Shown here one piece after another: positions 59,669 to 64,000 of a stretch of DNA of 64,000 nt. Position 1 is the stretch's first letter, and the number at the start of each line of letters is the position of its first letter. The translations under genes and the position numbers were made by a program. The stretch is from Candidatus Bathyarchaeota archaeon. GTDB lineage: Archaea > Thermoproteota > Bathyarchaeia > Bathyarchaeales > Bathycorpusculaceae. The notes beneath the pieces are model-generated. The model was not told the DNA's origin. It saw only the letters and a program-made list of their open reading frames with translations, and made no database searches. The stretch spans positions 1,728,001 to 1,792,000 of the forward strand of contig OY969706.1 of the NCBI GenBank assembly GCA_963702095.1, in the 5' to 3' direction.

Positions 59669-60562
59669 CTATCCTTTCTGGGCTTTCTCGTAGAGTGCTT
59701 TACCGAATGCTGCTGCGCCCAGTGCGCCGGCAACCATGGGGTCTAAGCCGCCTTCACGCCATCTCGGCGAGGGCAGGGTTTTGACGCCTAGGATTACTTC
59801 GATGCGGCTGACGATGCCGATGTTTTTGGATTGCCCGCCAGTGATAACCAATTCTTTTTCGAGTCCGACGCGGTTTATGAGGTTAGCCATGCGTACCGCC
59901 ATAGCCCGTGTGTAGGCGGCGAGGACTTTCTCTTTTGTCCAGCCCTTACGCAAGAGTCCCATGGCTTCGGTTTTGGCGAAAGCGACGCAGGTGCAGCTGA
60001 CTGGGTCAGGTTCTTTCTCGACTTTAAGCGAGATATCGCCGATGTCCTCAATTGGAATTTGGAGTAAGTCGGCGAAGACTTCCATGCCTCTGCCTGTGCC
60101 AGCGGCGCATTTGTCGTTCATAAGGAAACTGACGACTCTGCCTGTTTCATCGATTTTTATGGCTTTAATGTCTTGTCCCCCTACGTCGAGGACTGTGCGG
60201 ACGCTGGGTCCCCATATGTAGTTGGCACCTTTTGCGTGGCAGGCGATTTCGGTGATGGCTTTGTTCGCCATAGGCACATTTACGCGTCCGTAGCCTGTGC
60301 CAACGATGAATTTGAGGTCGCTTACTTTGAGTCCTGTGTCCTGCAATGCGAAGCTGAGTGCTTTGTTAGCGCTTTCAGGGCTGTTGCTGCCTGTGCGGGT
60401 GATGCCCCAAGCGTAGGCTTGCCCGTTGACCATGATGGCTGCTTTGGAACCCACGGAGCCCACGTCAACGCCTGCAGTGATGAGGTCTTTGCCAGTCGGT
60501 TTGATGTTGGGCATTACTCGGTGGTACTCATTCCAACGCCAAAACTCATTTCCGTTGCTCAT
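59669..60562 (-). CDS. ATP-dependent electron-transfer activator subunit, BzdQ-like (BcrA/BadF/HgdC family)
   Basis: N-terminal FWRW.E extension, GVDVGS, TGYGR, EIACH, DVGGQD, NDKCAAGTG and C..FA. Confidence 0.85.
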   Translation of the reverse strand: MSNGNEFWRWNEYHRVMPNIKPTGKDLITAGVDVGSVGSKAAIMVNGQAYAWGITRTGSNSPESANKALSFALQDTGLKVSDLKFIVGTGYGRVNVPMANKAITEIACHAKGANYIWGPSVRTVLDVGGQDIKAIKIDETGRVVSFLMNDKCAAGTGRGMEVFADLLQIPIEDIGDISLKVEKEPDPVSCTCVAFAKTEAMGLLRKGWTKEKVLAAYTRAMAVRMANLINRVGLEKELVITGGQSKNIGIVSRIEVILGVKTLPSPRWREGGLDPMVAGALGAAAFGKALYEKAQKG

Positions 60563-61345
60563 TTAGCTGCCTCCTTTGACGCGAGAAACTGCAATCAACG
60601 CAGCACCTAAAGCCCCAACATAGTCGGGGTATTCGGGGATAACGACGTTTAAGCCTATTTTGCGGTTGAGCGATGCCACGAAGCCGGGGTCTTTGGCGAC
60701 TCCTCCGACCAGCACCACTTCTGGGTTAATGCCTAAGCGGTGGATCATCGAGGAGACGCGGTCTGCCATGGCGTCGAAGACTGCGCGTGCGATTTCAGGT
60801 TTGCTTTCTTGTCGGTGAATAAGTGAGACCACATCGGATTCGCCGAAGATTACGCAGGACGCGTTGATTGGGCTTGCCCGCTCGGCTTTGAGCGACAAGG
60901 GACCCATGTCTTCCAATTTAACCTCAAGCGCCCTCGCCATGGCTTCAATGAAAGCGCCTGCACCCGCGGCACAGCGTTCGTTGACGACGAAGTCCATCAT
61001 GACTCCTCGCTCGCCAGTTTTTACTGCGCGGGCTTCCTCAGCGCCTATGTCTACGATTGTGCGTGCTTTGGGAACTAGAAAAACGGCTGCTTTAGCGTCT
61101 GCGCCCATCATGCTTACTGTGCTGTGTTCGTAGGGTGCCATTTCCATGGCGGAGCCTGTGGCGGCGAATTGGTTGACGTCTGATTGTTTGAGGTTTGCTG
61201 CGGCGAGGGCTTCGTTGACGGATTGCTCTGCTGCTTTGGTAGGGTCGAACCCTGAGAAGGCTTGTGCACGGGCGGCGACTGCACCGTCTTTTAACACGAC
61301 AACTTTGACTCTCTGAGTGCCCAAATCCATTCCAACGGTTATCAC
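60563..61345 (-). CDS. ATP-dependent electron-transfer activator subunit, BzdP-like (BcrD/BadG/HgdC family)
   Basis: GMDLG, DIGAEEARA, NERCAAGAG, CVIFGES and GGVAK. Confidence 0.85.
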   Translation of the reverse strand: MITVGMDLGTQRVKVVVLKDGAVAARAQAFSGFDPTKAAEQSVNEALAAANLKQSDVNQFAATGSAMEMAPYEHSTVSMMGADAKAAVFLVPKARTIVDIGAEEARAVKTGERGVMMDFVVNERCAAGAGAFIEAMARALEVKLEDMGPLSLKAERASPINASCVIFGESDVVSLIHRQESKPEIARAVFDAMADRVSSMIHRLGINPEVVLVGGVAKDPGFVASLNRKIGLNVVIPEYPDYVGALGAALIAVSRVKGGS

Positions 61346-61359
61346 TACTTCATTTCACC

Positions 61360-62706
61360 TTATAGGTCGATTCTTGCGTTGAGCATCTCAAGGAACGCTT
61401 CCACACGAGTCTTCATTTGCCCAACGTCTTCACGTGTGTATTCCGTATCCAAATAGTAAACAGGCACATTAATTTTGTCCAAAGCCTTCTTCACACGGGT
61501 GTATTCCATGGCGTAGAGCATGCAGCCTCGGACCACATAGTAGATGACGCCTTGTATTTTCCATTCTTTGACTTTGTTGAGGAGCCAGTTGATGCGGTCT
61601 TGGTTGCCGTCTTGGCTGGTAAAACATGGGCACGTCGAAGCCATCAAGTAGCGGTCGCTTATCGCTTTTAACATGTCATCCATAGACCATTCATCGATGC
61701 CTATGGGATCGTTTAAGATGCGTTCGCCACTGCACTGTTCGTCAGCGACGATGATGCCAGGCGGATTGCCCTCTTCAACCAGTGTAGGCAGCTTCCAATT
61801 GTCAGGCCAAAACATCGGCGTCCCCGTAACCATAACCCGAGGCGTATCGGGAGAAACCACCCAGTCCTTGTTTGCCACCCGCTTGTCAAGTTCGTCGCAG
61901 AGAGCTTCGGTTTTTTCTGTCCACCGTTTCTTATCATCCCAGCTGTAGGCTTGGTTAACAAGCATAGCGTCTCTGCCCATGATGACTGAGTTGCCTTTGC
62001 GCAAGTCCTGTAGCCGCCGGAAAGCTTTGGTTGCACGGTGACTGGTTTCGATGGCTTCTTTGAGGCTTTTACGGTCAATCTTGTTGCCGGTGAACTTTTC
62101 AATCTGGGTTTTCATTTGCCTGATTTCGTCGCTCCAGAAGCGCAGGGAATGCTCGGAGTCTTTTATGCGGGGAACATTCATGCCCCAAACCTGTTTTTGG
62201 TCGCTTAAAATTTCGCTGAGTTTAGTCATGCCATCGCAGGTTAAAACGCTGATTAAGGCGTCGCTTTGTTCGAGGAAGGGGGAGAGCTCAATCATTTTGG
62301 CGCCGATGGTTGAGCGGATGACTGGGCAAACCTCCACTGGCACCACGCGGTCACCCAACTTGCTGGTGTCGTACCAGCCTGAGTTAACGCGCACTGGGAT
62401 AGCATCTGCAGCCGAAATCAGCTCTGTGGGGGCAAAGAGGCACATGTAACCGATGACTTTTTTGCCCTTGGCTTTTTCAGCTTGGATTTCTTTTTGGCGT
62501 TGACCAAACAAGTCGGCGATGTTGTCGAAGTACTTCATGGCTTCGGGGCGGTGGGGGTCAGCTTTCTTCATGCGTTCGATGTTGTCAGCTATAATTTTTT
62601 GTGAAGCGGCTTTCACGGTGTTTCTTAGTTCTTCACTTTCTTTTTGAGATACTTCAGGCATGTATTTTCTTTCATTGGTTTGACTTTTCATTTTTTTCTT
62701 CCTCAT
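61360..62706 (-). CDS. HGD-D family protein with double-cubane-cluster-type cysteine pattern
   Basis: GYMC, VCP, TCDG..K, EQCSG, CPC and GC..Y (seven Cys); TRVEAFLEM; true start may be a downstream ATG. Confidence 0.82.
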   Translation of the reverse strand: MRKKKMKSQTNERKYMPEVSQKESEELRNTVKAASQKIIADNIERMKKADPHRPEAMKYFDNIADLFGQRQKEIQAEKAKGKKVIGYMCLFAPTELISAADAIPVRVNSGWYDTSKLGDRVVPVEVCPVIRSTIGAKMIELSPFLEQSDALISVLTCDGMTKLSEILSDQKQVWGMNVPRIKDSEHSLRFWSDEIRQMKTQIEKFTGNKIDRKSLKEAIETSHRATKAFRRLQDLRKGNSVIMGRDAMLVNQAYSWDDKKRWTEKTEALCDELDKRVANKDWVVSPDTPRVMVTGTPMFWPDNWKLPTLVEEGNPPGIIVADEQCSGERILNDPIGIDEWSMDDMLKAISDRYLMASTCPCFTSQDGNQDRINWLLNKVKEWKIQGVIYYVVRGCMLYAMEYTRVKKALDKINVPVYYLDTEYTREDVGQMKTRVEAFLEMLNARIDL

Positions 62707-63686
62707 TCACTACTTGATGGTTCTAACCAGTTTCTCGACCTAAACAGGGTCTTACTACCCAACTTTAACTTGAGTGTATCCTCATAGGGACACATTTCTA
62801 CGCATCTTGTACACAGCATACATTGTGAGGTCCCGATTTTTCCGCCTTTCTGCTCGTATACCTCGTTGACTTGGACGGGGCAGACTCTTTTGCAGACGCC
62901 GCATTTGGTGCATTTCTCCTCGTCTTTCTCTATGTAGAGCGGGGGGAGGGCTTTGAAGCCTTTGAATTGGTTGAGGGCTCCAAAAGAGGCGCCTGCGGGG
63001 CAGAAGCGGCACCAGATTCGGCGGACAAAGAAGGCGCCTACCAACGTGACCGCGACGAATGCGATGGCTAAGATTTGTCCGAGGTTGGCTCCGACGAAGG
63101 CTATTATGTCTGCGGCGTAGGGGTAGCTTAAGTTGACGTTTGCTACAACCAACTGGCCGGTCCATGGAACAACAAACGGAATCAAAGGGTCTATGATGAC
63201 GCTGTAGGGGCGGAAGGGACCTGCCAAGAGTTGCCCCATCATGACTGCGAAGTTGATGTTCTGCGGCGGACTTAGAAGCCACAGCGGTATGGGCAGGAGC
63301 AGGAAAACAGCCAGGATGACGTATCTGCCTTTGTGGAGGGCTATGTTTAGTTTGTCGGGGACAAGGCGGTACCGAATTTTAAGTGCCCGTCTGAGGTAAC
63401 TTTCAACGTCCATGATGAAGGCGAAGGGGCATACCCAGCCACAGAAGAATCTGCCGATGAAGAGTGTTGCGACGAACCAGCCGATTAGGACGTATAGAAG
63501 CGGTACGGCTGGGTCTTCTAAGGAGAAAATGTAGAAAAGCGTTACAAGAGAAACAAGCTGCACAATTACGCGTAGAAAACTTACGCGGGTAGACTTGTTT
63601 TTTTTCCAAATCAAGATTGCCAGTACGCCTGCTGCGCCGAGCCCGGCTAACACTATCAACCTTAGTACGTCGCCGATTATTTCCAC
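62703..63686 (-). CDS. NapH/MauN-like membrane polyferredoxin
   Basis: GRFFCGWVCP, WCRFCP and two CxxCxxCxxxCP motifs. Confidence 0.9.
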   Translation of the reverse strand: MEIIGDVLRLIVLAGLGAAGVLAILIWKKNKSTRVSFLRVIVQLVSLVTLFYIFSLEDPAVPLLYVLIGWFVATLFIGRFFCGWVCPFAFIMDVESYLRRALKIRYRLVPDKLNIALHKGRYVILAVFLLLPIPLWLLSPPQNINFAVMMGQLLAGPFRPYSVIIDPLIPFVVPWTGQLVVANVNLSYPYAADIIAFVGANLGQILAIAFVAVTLVGAFFVRRIWCRFCPAGASFGALNQFKGFKALPPLYIEKDEEKCTKCGVCKRVCPVQVNEVYEQKGGKIGTSQCMLCTRCVEMCPYEDTLKLKLGSKTLFRSRNWLEPSSSE

Positions 63687-63706
63687 TGCTTCTCCATTTC
63701 TCCCTT

Positions 63707-64000
63707 TTAAGTTAACATGAATAAGGAACTAACGATTGTGTAAGCGCCTAACAGTATTAGGATTACTCCGCCGCCGATAGCTAGCCACTTGCGGAACAGC
63801 GGCGCCTTGTTTAGCAGCCACCCCGTAACCCCTGCTAAGAGCAGCATGGGCGAGAGGGCAGTTCCGAGCCCGAACAACACCGCGATTCCGACGCTACCCA
63901 GCGCGTTTGAAAACGGAAGCGAATAAGCCAGTAACGCAATGAGTGGGGGACAGATGATTAATCCACGGGTCAACCCCAGTGAGAACGCCCCAAAATCCAC
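63707..64000 (-). CDS. DsbD_2 / TauE-SafE-like membrane protein (5' part outside the window)
   Basis: G...GL..CPP and FGLGT motifs; TM helices. Confidence 0.72.
   Translation of the reverse strand: MDFGAFSLGLTRGLIICPPLIALLAYSLPFSNALGSVGIAVLFGLGTALSPMLLLAGVTGWLLNKAPLFRKWLAIGGGVILILLGAYTIVSSLFMLT

Noticed and set aside
59669-62706. Canonical benzoyl-CoA reductase bzdNOPQ
   Set aside because: Only one HGD-D-type subunit is present and its Cys pattern fits a double-cubane protein
1-64000. CRISPR array, rRNA, transposase or integrase
   Set aside because: No regularly spaced direct repeats, rRNA motifs or recombinase catalytic motifs were recognised

Overview
Archaeal chromosomal window, most consistent with Bathyarchaeia. 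This taxonomy is inferred from archaeal EF-1alpha, an rpl15e-rpl13e-rnp3-rnp2 cluster, fwdDBAC, an eL22-like gene, short PurA and many C-terminally anchored surface proteins. About 70 CDSs are supported, plus one tRNA-Pro(CGG). No rRNA, CRISPR array, integrase or transposase was seen. About eight genes are split by single-base frameshifts, probably assembly indels. The most notable signals are: (1) four genes that appear to start at ACG behind Shine-Dalgarno-like motifs, plus an antitoxin-toxin pair joined through a CAG where a TAG stop would be expected (near-cognate initiation, C-to-U editing or base-call error); (2) two ~1 kb gene cassettes behind tRNA-Pro, each closed by a degenerate copy of the tRNA 3' end, with no integrase; (3) a ~180-bp non-coding repeat family with four intergenic copies and a conserved hairpin; (4) a three-gene operon of related unknown helix-plus-beta-hairpin proteins; (5) a Bzd-type heterodimeric ATP-dependent activator and ferredoxin paired with a double-cubane-type reductase and a membrane ferredoxin instead of BzdNO; (6) a promoter-fronted ~130-nt rod-like RNA candidate. 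All family assignments are by eye from motifs; no database searches were run.
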